Assembly (NCBI GenBank): GCA_030390025.1
Contig: CM059432.1
Location: 35,528,001 to 35,592,000, forward strand
Source: Squalus acanthias
Taxonomy: Eukaryota
Direction: 5' to 3'
Length of the DNA: 64,000 nucleotides
Shown here: positions 13,870 to 26,436 of the stretch, in pieces
Position numbering within the stretch: position 1 is the stretch's first letter
Layout of the letters: the number at the start of each line of letters is the position of its first letter
The notes under the pieces: generated by a model
What the model was told of the DNA's origin: nothing
What the model saw: only the letters and a program-made list of their open reading frames with translations
Database searches by the model: none
Program-made: the position numbers and the translations under genes

Positions 13870-15350
13870 ATTTATATACAACAACTTTTATTTATATAGC
13901 GCCTTTACCATAGTAAACCGTCCCAAGGCGCTTAACAGGAGTGTTAAAAGACAAAAAATTTGACACTGAGCAACATAAGGAGAAATTAGGGCAGGTGACC
14001 AAAAGCTTGGTCAAAAAGGTAGGTTTTAAGGAGTGTCTTAAAGGAGGAAAGAGAGGTATCGAGGCGGAGAGGTTTAGGCAGGGAATTCCAGAGTTTACGG
14101 CCTAGCAACAGAAGGCACGGCCACCAATGGTTGAGCGATTATAATCAGGGATGCTCAAGAGGGCAGAATTAGAGGAGCGCAGCTATCTCGGGGGGTGGGG
14201 GGTCGGGGGGGGGTCGGTCGCGGGGGGGTTGTTGGGAGGGAGGGTTGTGGGGCTGAAGGAGATTACAGAGCTAGGGAGGGGCGAGGCCATGGAGGGATTT
14301 GAAAACAATGATGAGAATTTTGAAATCGAAGTATTGCTTAACCGTGAGCCAATGTAGGTCAGCGAGCACAGGGGTGATGGGTGAACGGGACTTGGTGCGA
14401 GTTAGGACATGGGCAGCCGAGTTTTGGATGACCTCAAGTATACGTAGGGTAGAATGTGGGAGGCCAGCCAGGAGTGCGTTGGAATAGTCAAGTCTAGAGG
14501 TAACAAAGGCATGGATGAGGGTTTCAGCAGCGGATGAGCTGAGGCAAGGACGGAGACGGGCGATGTTACAGAGGTGGAAGTAGGTGTTCTTAGTTATGCT
14601 GTGGATATGTGGTCGGAAGCTCATTTCCGGGTCAAATATGACACCAAGGTTGCGAACAGTCTGGTTCAGCCTCAGACAGATGTTAGGGCGAGGGATGGAG
14701 TCAGTGGCTAGGGAATGGAGTTTGTGGCGGGGACCGAAAACAATGGTTTCGGCCTTCCCAATATTTAATTGGAGAAAATTTCTGCTCATCCAGAACTGGA
14801 TGTCGGACAAGCAGTCTGACAATTTAGAGACCGTGGAGGGGTTGTGAGAAGTGGTAGTGAGGTGGGTGGGTGTCGTCAGCACCCTTAATGTAGTAAAACA
14901 TCCCAAGTCGCTTCACAGGAGCGTAATCAGACAAAATTGACACCAAGATGAAGAAGGAGATATTAGAGCAGGTGAACACATGCTTGGCCAAAGAGAGCAT
15001 CTTAAAGGAGGAGTGAGAGGTGGAGAGGCAAAGGTTTAGGGAGGGAATTGCAGAGCTCAAGGCCTAAACAGCTGATGGTACATCCACCAATGAATGAGAT
15101 TGGGGATGCACAAGAGGCCAGAATTGGAGGAACACAGAGTTCACGGAGGTTTGTAGGGCTGGAGGAGGTTACAGAGATAGGGAGGGGCAAGGCCATTGAG
15201 GGATTTGAACACGAGGATGAGAATTTTAAATTTGAGGTGTTGTTGGATCAGAAGCCAATATAGGTCAGCGAGCACAGGGGTGATGGATGGTTTGGACTTG
15301 TTGTGGGTTATGATATTGGTAGAGGAATTTTGGATGTGTTCAAGTTCATG
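13870..15350 (-). mobile_element. Two adjacent L2-clade LINE 3' fragments
   Basis: ORF 14271..14906 (WMSRNFLQLNIGKAE, VRNLGVIFD, HAFVTSRLDYSNALL, ITPVLADLHWL) is a typical L2 ORF2 C-terminus. A second 3' end starts near 14885. Confidence 0.9.
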
Positions 15351-15805
15351 GAGACCTGTGTTTCTGGGTCCCACCCAATTTAGCTCCCACTATGCTGCAT
15401 CCCCAGCCAATGTGCACCAGTGGAGAGGGTGTACTGCAGGCCGCTGAGAACATCCAGGAACCCTGTTTGGTATCTGGAGGGTGTTTACGAGGAGTTCAAG
15501 ATCTAATTTTTCAGTGCTGTACATAGGGCTTCACAGTGACGTTCAGTACCTGCGGCCTAATAGGATGAAAGTAAGCTTTTCCTTTTTTCTTTTTATTGTT
15601 TGTTGTACTTGGGATGTGACCGACACCAGCAAGCCTGCATTTATTGTTGTCCCGAGGGCATTAGGATTCAACCACATCATGTCAGACTGGAGTCACAGAT
15701 AGGCCAGACCAGGTAGGGGTGGCAAGTTCCCTAGGACAGTAGTGAACCAGTTGGGTTTTGAAAACAATCTGGTAGCTTTTTTGGTCATTTATTCCTGGTG
15801 CCTGC

Positions 15806-16497
15806 TGTCAAAATCTCGACTCCGAGTAAGACTCTAAACACAAGCAAAACCGTCAGATTGTTAGTTTATTTTTTACTTGCACAAGGGGAGAGTTGCCTTG
15901 TCAAAGGCCAGGTCGACAACTCCAAAGAACATCAGCGAATGCAGCATATTTATACATTCAAACAAGCAAGCGTTCCATATATCACGTGTAATGGTATTGT
16001 ATCAGTTTGCACAAAGTAAGGGTTTGCACAAGGTCAATCAAAAGGTCAGCAGGACAGAAATATCTCCAGACAAGGTTAGTTAATCATATATCATGTCAGG
16101 AGGTTCTGTCCGAATCTTGTTACAAAAATGATCAGCTTACTTAATGTCCGAATCTTGTTACAGAAATGATCAGCTTACTTAATGTCCGAATCTTGTTACA
16201 GAAATGATCAGCTTACTTAATGTCCGAATCTTGTTTGTCTAACGACAGTCATTAATAGTTTATCTATTCTATAGCCTTATGCCTCCCTTGTGCTCGTGAG
16301 TCAATGCAGCTGTTATCACATCCTCAATGTGGGTGGGTATTATGAAAGGTCTCTTGGTCCTAGAGACGTTGTGACACAATTGCTTCTCTGCTTTAACTAC
16401 AACCTAAGCAAGTTTGTTCCTTTAGCCCCTTGATAGCTTATTTTTACTTGGCCATTTTATTCTACCCAGCATGCTAAGTATAATGTCAATTTCCACA
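15806..16497 (-). mobile_element. Solo LTR (TG...CA, 4-bp TSD)
   Basis: Begins TGTCA and ends CCACA, with TSD CTGC (15802-05 and 16498-501); it splits a SINE that rejoins exactly. On the minus strand: tandem 38-bp repeats, TATAAATA (~15947-15954), then AATAAA (15865-15870). Confidence 0.85.
16107..16235. repeat. 38-bp tandem repeat (~3.4 copies) inside the LTR
   Basis: Unit TGTCCGAATCTTGTTACAGAAATGATCAGCTTACTTAA, head to tail, with no spacers. Confidence 0.95.
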
Positions 16498-17422
16498 CTG
16501 CCCACAAATTACCAGCTTTATTAAATTCAGTTTCTCAACTTGCCACAACAGGTTTTGGACATCAATTTGGACAGCCCAGGACCATACCCAATCTTCTATC
16601 AGTTTTGTCCTTTTTTTTCCCCCCTCCTTTCTCTTTCTAACTTTGCTGGCCAGAGATTTTCCTGTGATTGGCATTGCCGGGGCAGTGTGTTTGAGTTCCA
16701 CCCTGTGCTCACAGGTGATGAGGTCAGCCATCAGTAACTGACGATTACTCAACACTGCGCTGGGAATCCAGCTGTTCAGAGCAAACATAGTTATTAGAAC
16801 TTGGATTACTCAAGGGGCACCTACAGCCACACCCATGTGTGTCTACTGATTGGCTTTGAGAGTGATCTTTGTACAGAGAGAGAGAGGGAATGGAGCGAGA
16901 GAGATGCACATGAATGGAAAGTGGGAGAGGGCGGCCAAGGGATGGGAGGGAGTGAGACGTAGGAAGGCGAAGAGTGAGATAGAGAGACAGGAAAAGAGAA
17001 AAAAGAGAGAGAGAGCAGAGATCTCTATCAAGAAGCAAAGTGGCACAAATGGTAAGTCTCCACCACCAGAATCTGCATTGGGTCTACCATTTTGATTCTT
17101 GCCACAGTCATAGAATCATAGGATTAGGCCATTCAGCCCATCGTACCTATACCGACTCTTTTGTAGAGCTATCCAATTAATCCCACTTCCCTACTCTTTC
17201 CCCATAGCCCTATAAATTTTTCCCTTCAAGTGTTTAATCCAATTTTCAATCAATTTCGGTTTTAGTTCTCAGCCAGTCTGCACAGTCCTGCGATGTACTT
17301 TTGATTTCACTGAACTTTATGGACTTTCTCCACACATCAGGCAAGGTCCACGGCCCGTGTGCATTGCAACGGATCATGGTGTAAAACCAGGAGAATTCAG
17401 CAAATGTGATATAAAACTGATG

Positions 17423-18336
17423 GGGGGGGAGAAATTCAGTATCGCCCCATTTGGGGCGCAATTATCAGCCGGGCGCAAAGATTAGCGCCTGGCACTAATT
17501 ATCGCCACCGACTGCAAACTTGACTTTTATCGCCACTGGAGGTGATTGGAGCGCTAAATCAGGCGCTTCACACCTGTCTTAAGGCGCAAAGGCCGAGGAG
17601 CGAGGCGTTACCTCAGAGCGCTGGCGAAGCTCATGTGATGTCAGTCAGCAATGGAACACAGACACAACAGCGCCAGCCAGTTCTTAAAGGGAGGGTTGAT
17701 CTTGCTTTCCATCCACATCCTGCTTATTGCAGCCTTGAATCTCGGCCTGGGAGAGACCTGCACATCAAATCTGCTGGAAAGAACAATGGAGAGGCCCAGG
17801 GAAAGAGCTCAGAGTGCAGCCCCCACAGTCTCTTCTAAATCGATACAAGGAAGGGCAAATCAAAATGAACCTGCAAAGTGCTGCTCAGTACCCAAAACTC
17901 CTTCACACAGCGTTGAATCTCTCCAGAAGTCTCAGTCTCTCTCTCTCTCTCTCTCTCACTCTCTCAGAATGCGTGGTTCAAAAATGTCACCAACAATAAA
18001 AGGCAGGAAGCGGTCGCCTTTAAATAGCGCTCTCCCCAGTCCCTTCCTGACGGCAAAACGCTCCCCTCAACCTGTCGTTGCTAGCGGTAGGCGGTAAGGC
18101 AGGGGGCGCCACTCAATATCCGCTCCGGGGCGATACCGGGGCGTTGCGCACTCGATTGACGTCACGATCTGCCGGCGCAGGAGATCGTGGCGGTAGTGTT
18201 TAGCGCCACCGCAAAATGTCTAGTTAATTTCGCGAGTGGCGCAAACATCGCTGCGCCCGGGCGCTAGATGCTTTGTGCCCCATTAGCGCCCTATTAAGGT
18301 GCTAATGGGAGGCGCAACCAACTGAATTTTTCCCCC
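17423..18336. mobile_element. Harbinger-type MITE, copy 2, inverted relative to copy 1
   Basis: Colinear reverse complement of 12627-13527; candidate TSD ATG. Confidence 0.85.
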
Positions 18337-18524
18337 ATGGTCTCCTATCCCCTGCTTCGTGCAGGCCTGGTACCAGCCAGTGTGAATAGAAATCTTTTTG
18401 CATTGCATTGTGAGATTCCACTCCTGTGACATGGTCATTCCCAGCAGACCGCTCCATATCTTTGCAGCTGTTCACCAGAACAGCTGTAAACTAGGCCCGG
18501 ATCTGGTTTCGCCAAGTCTTTATT

Positions 18525-18920
18525 TTTTTAATTTCTTTGTTCAAGGGATGTGGGTGTCGCCGGCAAGGCCAGCATTATTGCCCATCCCTAATTGACCTTA
18601 AGAAGGTGGTGGTGAGCCACCATTTCAGAGGGTAAAGAGTCAACCATAGTGTGGGTTTGGAGTCACATATAGGCCAGACCAGGTAAGGATGGCGGATTTC
18701 CTTCTGTCAAGGACATTAGTGAACCAGATAGGTTTTTATAACTGTCCGGTAGTTTCATGGTCACCATTACTGATACTAGCTTTTTTTATTCCAGCTTTAT
18801 TTAATTAACTGAATTTAAATTCCCCAGCTGCCGTGGTGGGATTTAAACTCATATCTCTGGATTATTAGTCCAGGCATCTGGAATACCAGTCCAGTAACAT
18901 AACCACTGTGCTACCATTCC
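18525..18920 (-). mobile_element. Bipartite SINE-like element (tRNA-like head, then 5' UTR and 3' tail of the Zenon-like LINE)
   Basis: The head and body match 54700-54970 and the tail matches 51320-51410, with no coding region between them. Other copies: 10331-10800(+), 28788-29025(+), 15585-16560(-), 39030-39410(-), 45640-46670(-). Confidence 0.75.
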
Positions 18921-20999
18921 CGAAACAGCAATGTGATAATGACGAGACAATCTGTTTTAGTGATGTTGATTGAGGGATAATAATTGGCTCGGGCACAGGG
19001 GATAGCTCCCCTGCTCTTCTTCGAAATAGTGCCATGGGATCTTTTACATCCACCTGAGAGAGCAGACGGGGCCTCAGTTTAACGTCTCATCTGAAAGACA
19101 GCACCTCTGACAGTGCAGCACTCCCTCTACTACACTGGAGTGTCGGCCTAGAATTTTGGGGGCTCAAGTCTCTGGAGTGGGACTTGAACCCCCAACCTTC
19201 TGACTCAGGCGAGAGTGCTACCCATTGATCCGATACGTCTGACCTACTGCCAAGGTTTTTGGGATGGCCTTGTGGGATGTAGCCTCCAGCTGCTTTTATG
19301 AAGCCATTGATGTAAGGGAGGCTGCAGCTAGGAGCAGAAGCTCTAATCATTGGAGTGGTTGTGGGACCCGAGTGTTTTTTTTTTTTGTTTTGTAGTGGAT
19401 CTCTTTCTGAGGGGGCAGTTTAGCATTTTTCTGGGTGGTCGGTGGGGAGTGCACGAGGCACCAAATGGGAAACGGCAGGAGAATGGAACGAAGTGAAGAG
19501 CTCTTTCACAGAACTGTCAATGGGCCTAATGGGGAATGGGTAGGCAAAGGGGCTTAAGTGGGATTTGCAGAGAACCAGCACTGGCACAATGGGTCAAATA
19601 TGCAACAAAATCCTAGAAATCTGGCATCTGTTTTGAACTTGTGTTTGTTTTCAGAGGCTAACCTAGAAAGCTAGCAATAGCCGACAGCTCAAAAGCATCC
19701 CTGCCCAGGAACTAGTCATGGGCCAGCGCAGCAGCTGTGCTGCCCGATAATTACGCCAGGCCAAAGCCATTGAGCTACAGTGGGACGTCCGCCAGCATGA
19801 AAGGGTGGGCGGCCAATGCATTCCACCAGTCTGCCACTTAAAAAGTTAAAATGTACCCCGTAGAGTTTGTCTAATTTGTGATGTATGCCCTCTCCCCATA
19901 GGGGCAAGTGCCACCTACATAAGCCCAGAGATCTAATTTGCAGGTAGGCAGAGGTAAGGCCTGCTAACCACCCCCTTCTTATCGCTGGGGTATAGTTTGC
20001 CAGAGCAGTTTGCCTTCGTTTACTGTCTCATCTGAAAAATTGCACCTCCAACAGTGCAGCATTCCCTCAGTACTGTACTGGAATGTGAACCTGGATTATG
20101 TGCTCAAGTCTCTGGAGTGAAACTTGATGAACCCACACCCTTCTGATCCAGAGGTGAAAGTGCTACCACTGATCCAAGGCTGCCAATAATTTCAAAGGTA
20201 ACCTTTTACAAATGATGTACTGGTCGATTAGTTTGAGCAACTTGCAGTTATGAAATGAGTTCGATCCAGATTGGAGTGGGTCAGTTTGCTAGGTACAGTT
20301 TGCAAACTGACAAGGTACTGATTGTATGACTGTATAGAAACATAATAAATCAATTACCTCTTTCTCGTCCAATGGTCTTCGACCTGAAATGTTAACTCTG
20401 TTTCTCTCTCTACAGATGCTGCCTGACCTGCTGAGTATTTCCAGCATTTTCTGTTTTTATTTCAGATTTCCAGCATCCGTAGTATTTTGCTTTTGTATCT
20501 GGCTTATTGGGAACCTTAACAATATTATGATACAAGAATGCACTCATCAACCAGACATTATCAGGCGCTGTTTTTTTTCTTTAAAAATAAGTTAATTGAT
20601 GCACTATTACTTGCCTTATCCATCTTTCGGATGAGACATTAAACCGAGGCCCCGTCTGCTCTCTCAGGCGGACATAAAAGATCCCATGGCAATTTTTCGA
20701 TGAAGAGCAGGGGAGTTCTCTCCGGTGTCCTGGCCAATATTTATCACTCAACCAACATCACTAAAAGAAACAGATTATCATTATCACATTGCTGTGCACA
20801 AATTGGCTACACATTTCCTACGTTACAACAGTGACTACACTTCAAAAGTACTCCATTGGCTGTAAAGCGCTTTGGGACGTCCTGAGTTCATGAAAAGCGC
20901 GATATAAATGCACGTCTTTCTTTTTATCTGGGAGTCTGTTCTACACATCCAGGCCTGGCCTTTTAATTTTACGTTCGCTTGCTCCAGTTAGAAGCAAAG

Positions 21000-21660
21000 A
21001 TTCTTACAGCCTGTACTGGCTCTTTGAAAGAGCGATCCAATTAGTTCCCCTCCCCTGCTCGTTTCCCATAGCCCTGCAAATTTTTCCTTTTCAACTATAT
21101 ATCCAATTGCCTTTTGAAAGTTACTATTGAATCTGCTTCCACCACCCTTTCGGGCAGTGTATTCCAGATCATCATAACTCGTTGTGTAAAAAATAAACTC
21201 ATCTCCTCTCTGGTTCTTTTGCCAATAAACAAAAATCTGTGTTCTCTAGTTACTGATCCACAATTCTGAAGGGCTTTGATAGAGTAAATAAGGAGAAACT
21301 GTTTCCACTGGTAGAAACAGTGGAAACAGTTTCTGGTATATACAAATTTCCCCTTAACCTCTCTGCTCCAAGGAGAACAATCCCAGCTTCTCCAGTCTCT
21401 CCCCATAACTGAAGTCCCTCATCGCTGGTATAATTCTGGAAAATCTCCTTTGTACCCTCTTCAAGGCCTTAACATCCTTCCTAAAGTGTGGTGCCCAGAA
21501 TTGGGGACAATACTCTAGCTGCGGCCTAACTAGTGATTTATAAATGTTTAGCATAACGTTCTTGCTTTTGTATTCTGTGGTTCTGTTTATAAAGCCAAGG
21601 ATCCTTTCTGCTTTTTTAACAGCCTTATCAACTTGTCCTGCCACCTTCAAAGGTGTGATG
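21000..21660 (-). mobile_element. Decayed CR1 3' fragment
   Basis: ORF 21354..21701 contains YKSLVRPQLEYCPQFWAPHFRKD. Confidence 0.85.
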
Positions 21661-23111
21661 GCAGTCTGAGTTTGAAATCTCCTCATATCTACATTATCCA
21701 TTCTGATTGCTATTTAAAGACCTGGATCATGTCCACCTCCTTAAAGTGTCAGCTGTGACTCATTGGTAGCACTTTCCCTCTGAGTCAGAAGGATGTGGGA
21801 TCAAGCCTCGCTCCAGAGACTTGAGTACATAATCTAGACTGACAGGCCAGTGCAGTACTGAGGGAGCGCAGCACTGTCGGAGGTGCCATCTTTTGAATGA
21901 GATGTTAAACCGAGGCCCCATCTGTCCTCTTAGGTTAAAGATTCCACAGCACTATTTGAGGAAGGGCAGTGCACATCATTGGCTGAGTTTGTGAAAGGCG
22001 CTATATAAATGCAAGTCTTTCTTTTTCTTCAATGCGTTTTTGTCAAAGAACAGAAAAAACCGTGAAACTACAACCAGCCATTTAGGCTGATGAAGCCTAA
22101 ATAATGGCCTCCCTTTTTTAACCCCCGTTATGAATCAAGCACAAGATTTTCTTTCTTTCAAAGGGATCTCTATCTAACTCCTTTTCTGACTGGTATAGAT
22201 CCAGTTACTTTTCCTAGGTATCAATTGACTCAAAATTAAGTTACTCCCACCCCACTCCCTGCCCCTCCCCTATGGAATGTTTCACACAACCACTATCTTG
22301 AGGGGAAAAATTGCTCTCCAATTAAAACAAGTTTCAGCTTTGCAAGTCTTCCCTCATAACTTAGATCCCCAGGTACCGGAATTATCCTTGTTGCTCTTCT
22401 CTCTCATATAGTAAAGTTGAACCACCATGATCCCACCCCAAGCCCTCCTCCCAATCCGTGCTGAATTATGGAAATTGCTGGATAATCCAGAGCCCCCCAA
22501 ATGTTGATCTTCAACATGTCAATACAGCAATAACCCAGCCATGTCAATAAAAACAAGTTCAGTACAATTACACTGAGCAATGAAATGATGTCCAAGCACA
22601 AGACTTTGTCCCACAAAACATTCTGGCCAGTAATCGGAAAGTGGATAATGGAGGTTCAGCTAGCATGTCTTATTGTATTTAAGGTGCCTATATTCCAGAC
22701 AATATTCTAAATTAATTACTTGAGGTTAGGATACGGTAAGTGGTTTGACTTCTAATCAAATTCCCTCGATATGAATCCCAGTACACAATTAGCTGTCTTT
22801 ATAATAACTTCACATTTCCTGGTTAGTTCCTGTGAATAATGAATAGTCAGCAGATTGATTTGGATGAAAAAGGTCCTTCAGCCTCATTAAACCAGGAAGC
22901 CAACACCACCGTCTTCCCATTGCAACATCCAGCTGTTTCTTAAACTGTCCTGGTCTCAGCCACCATTCCTGGCAACTTCTTCCAGCTGTTGACCATCCTC
23001 AATTTCCTGATGTCTGTCCTAAATTCGCCCCTCACAACCCTAAATCTGTTGTCCTTGTGTATCTGAAAGTATTATTTTGCGCGGCCCAAAGAAAAGTTAG
23101 AGGGAATATTG

Positions 23112-23346
23112 GTCTGGAGGCTCCCTTCGTTACTCACCAGCGAGGGTGTCCAGAATCATAGTGGTGTGCTGCGTCCTCCACAACATTACGCAGCAGAGAG
23201 GATTACAGGTAGAGGATGACCATGGCACTCATCAGGCATCTTCTGATGAGGATGAGGAGAACATGAGAAAAGAGGAGGAGGAATATGAAGATGTGGCACC
23301 CATCGTCAGACCAGCCATTGCTGCCTGGGATGTCCGTGATAGCTAG
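23112..23346 (+). pseudogene. Harbinger (HARBI1-like DDE) transposase C-terminal remnant
   Basis: Translates SGGSLRYSPARVSRIIVVCCVLHNI followed by an acidic tail, the typical Harbinger transposase C-terminus (GG.L.YSP.....I..CC.LHN). Confidence 0.8.
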
Positions 23347-24420
23347 AAGCTTCAGCTAATTATTCCAACTAGTACAAATAACAAATGAAAGCACCACCAC
23401 CAACAACCACGTCCCCGCCCCATTTGCACAAAACAGTCCTTCAACCACGCATACACCCATTGCACATCCGCCCAGTGGGTCTCGTCATGACATTTATCAT
23501 GAAACAAGTGAAAGTGCGAGTTGCACTCTGGACGCAATAAGATGTGGAACTGGTGCTAATCAATAAATTTTATGTGGCGTTATATGGGAAAAAAGGAAAT
23601 TTAACCGTAACATTTTGTCAAACGCCGATGTGCATATCCTTGGTGAATTACAGTTGTTTTAACTTGCGCTTCCTACCACTTCTATGTGGTGAACCCCGTG
23701 TAGCTTCAGCAGAGGTAGAGGCAGGCTGCTCAGATCCCTCCCCTGACTGCTGAGATGCTTGTGGCCTACGACCTCTGTGTTTCGGAGCCCCTGAGGGCTT
23801 GCCAAAGACTGCTCCACCTGCAGTTGTGCAGGGACAGACTCTGCCATCAGGAGACAAGGCAGCATGTCGGGTACTGGTTGGGGTGGGAAGCAACAGGAGA
23901 GAAGTGGGGGCACTTTAAGTGGAGTTCCCACTTCCATGTCCCTCTCCTGGGACAGCGCCGTATCACCTGCAAGATCCCCTCCAAGTTACACACCGTCCTG
24001 ACTTGGAAATATATCGCCGTTCCTTCATCATCGCTGGGTCAAAATCCTGGAACTCCCTCCTTAACAGCACTGTGGGAGTACCTTCACCACACGGACTGCA
24101 GCGGTTCAAGAAGGCAGCACACCACCACCTTCTCAAGGGCAATTAGGGATGGGCAATAAATGCTGGCTTTGCCAGTGATGCCCACATCCCAGGAACGAAT
24201 AAAAAAAATCACTCCTACCACACTGCTGGAGAGCAGTTTAGTGAAGATCAGTGACTGCTTGAAGGCCATGGATAAGGTATCTGTCATCCTGTTTAAGGCA
24301 GCATACACTCTGGCTCCAAAGTCTGCACGGCTGTGGTCATAGCCTGCATGGACTCATTTGACAGCTGGGTATGAAGCTGCATCGAGGGGGCCTCTATCTC
24401 CATGGCAGACAATCTTGCAA

Positions 24421-26436
24421 TTATCCGTGGCTAACTGAGGAAGTAAAGGATGGTATCAAATTGAAAACGAAGACATACAATGTTGCCAAGATTGGTGGGA
24501 GGCCAGAGGATTGGGAAATTTTTAAAAAGCAGCAAAGGATGACTAAAAAAAAATAAAGAGAGAGAAGATGAATTATGAGAGTAAACTGGCAAGAAACATT
24601 AAAACAGACAGTAAGAACTTCTACAGGTATATAAAAAGAAAGAGAGTAGCTAAAGTAAACGTTGGTCCCTTAGAGGATGAGAATGGAGAATTAATAATGG
24701 GGAATGGGGAAATGGCAGAGACTCTGAACAAATATTTTGTATCTGTCTTCACGGTAGAAGACATTAACAACATCCCAATAATGGATAATCAAGGGGTCAC
24801 AGGGAGGGGGAAATTAAAGACAATCACGATCACTAAGGAAAAAGTACTTGGTAAAATAATGGGACTAAAAGACGACAAGTCCCCTGGACCAGGTGGCCTG
24901 CACCCCCAGGGTCTTAAAAGAAGTGGCTGCAGAGATAGTGGATGCATTGGTTGCAATATACCAAAATTCCCTGGACTCTGGAGAGGTCCCAGCAGATTGG
25001 AAAACCGCAAATATAACGCCCCTATTTAAGAAAAGAGGGAGACAGAAACCAGTTAGCCTAACATCTGTCGTTGGGAAAATGCTGGAGTCCTTCATTAAGG
25101 AAGCAGTAGCAGGGCATTTGGAAAATCATAATGCAGTCAAGCAGAGTCAGCATGGTTTTATGAGAGGGAAATCATGTTTAACAAATTTGCTGGAGTTCTT
25201 TGAGGATGTAACGAGCAGGGTGGATAAGGATGAGCCAGTGGATGTGGTGTATTTGGATTTCCAGAAGGCATTCGATAAGGTGCCACATAAAAGGTTACTG
25301 CATAAGATAAGAGCTCACGGAGTTGGGGGTAATATATTAGCATGGATAGAGAATTGGCTAACTAACAGAAAGCAGAGAGTCGGGATAAATGGGTCATTTT
25401 CCGGTTGGCAAACGGTAACTAGTGGGGTGCCACAGGAATTGGTGCTGGGGCCGCAACTATTTACAATCAACATTAATGACTTGGATGAAGGGACCGAGTG
25501 TAATGTAGCCAAGTTTGCGGATGATACAAAGATGGGTGGGAAAGCAAGTTGTGCAGAGGACTCAAAGAACCTGCAAAGGGATATAGACAGGCTAAGTGAG
25601 TGGGCAAACATTTGGCAGATGGAGTATAATGTGGGAGATTATCCACTTTGGCAGGAAAAATAAAAAAGCAAATTATTATTTAAATAGAGAGAGATTACAA
25701 ATTGCTACAGTTCAGAGGGACCTGGGGGTCCTTGTGCATGAAACACAAAAAGTTAGCATGCAGGTACAGCAAGTAATCAAAAAGACAAATGGAATGTTGG
25801 CCTTTATTGCAAGGGGGTTGGAATATAAAAGCAGGGAAGTCCTGCTACAACTGTACGGGGTATTGGTGAGACCACACCTTGAGTACTGCGTACAGTTTTG
25901 GTCTCCTTATTTAAGGAAGGATATACATGCATTGGAGGCAGTTCAGAGAAGGTTCACTCGGTTGATTTCTGAGATGAGGGGGTTGACTTATGAAGAAAGG
26001 TTGAGCAGGTTGGGCCTATACTCATTGGAATTTAGAAGAATGAGAGGTGATCTTATTGAAATATACAAGATACTGAGGGGGCACGACAAGGTAGAGGCAG
26101 AGAGAATCTTTCCTCTCGTGGGGAAATCTAGAACTCGGGGGCATAGTTTCAGAATAAAGGGTCGCCATTTTAGAACTGAGATGAGGAGGAATTTCTTCTC
26201 TCAGAGGGTCGTAAATCTGTGGAATTCTCTGCCCCAGAGAGCTATGGAGGCTGGGTTATTAAATACATTTAAGGTGGAGATAGACAGATTTTTGCAAGAT
26301 AAGGGAGTGAAAGGTTATGGGGAGCGGGCAGGGAAGTGGCTTTGAGCCCAAGGTCAGCCATGATCTTATTGAATGGCGGAGCAGGCTCGAGGGGCCAAGT
26401 GGCCTATTCCTGCTCCTATTTCTTATGTTCTTATGT
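24421..26436 (+). mobile_element. CR1-clade LINE, 5'-truncated, inserted into the Harbinger remnant
   Basis: Frameshifted ORFs 24568..25029, 24893..25663 and 25596..26345 with RT motifs (FADD); TTCTTATG tail. Confidence 0.95.

Noticed and set aside
16107..16235. Possible CRISPR-like array (38-bp repeats)
   Set aside because: The repeats are head to tail with no spacers, lie inside an LTR in a vertebrate intron, and no cas genes are present.
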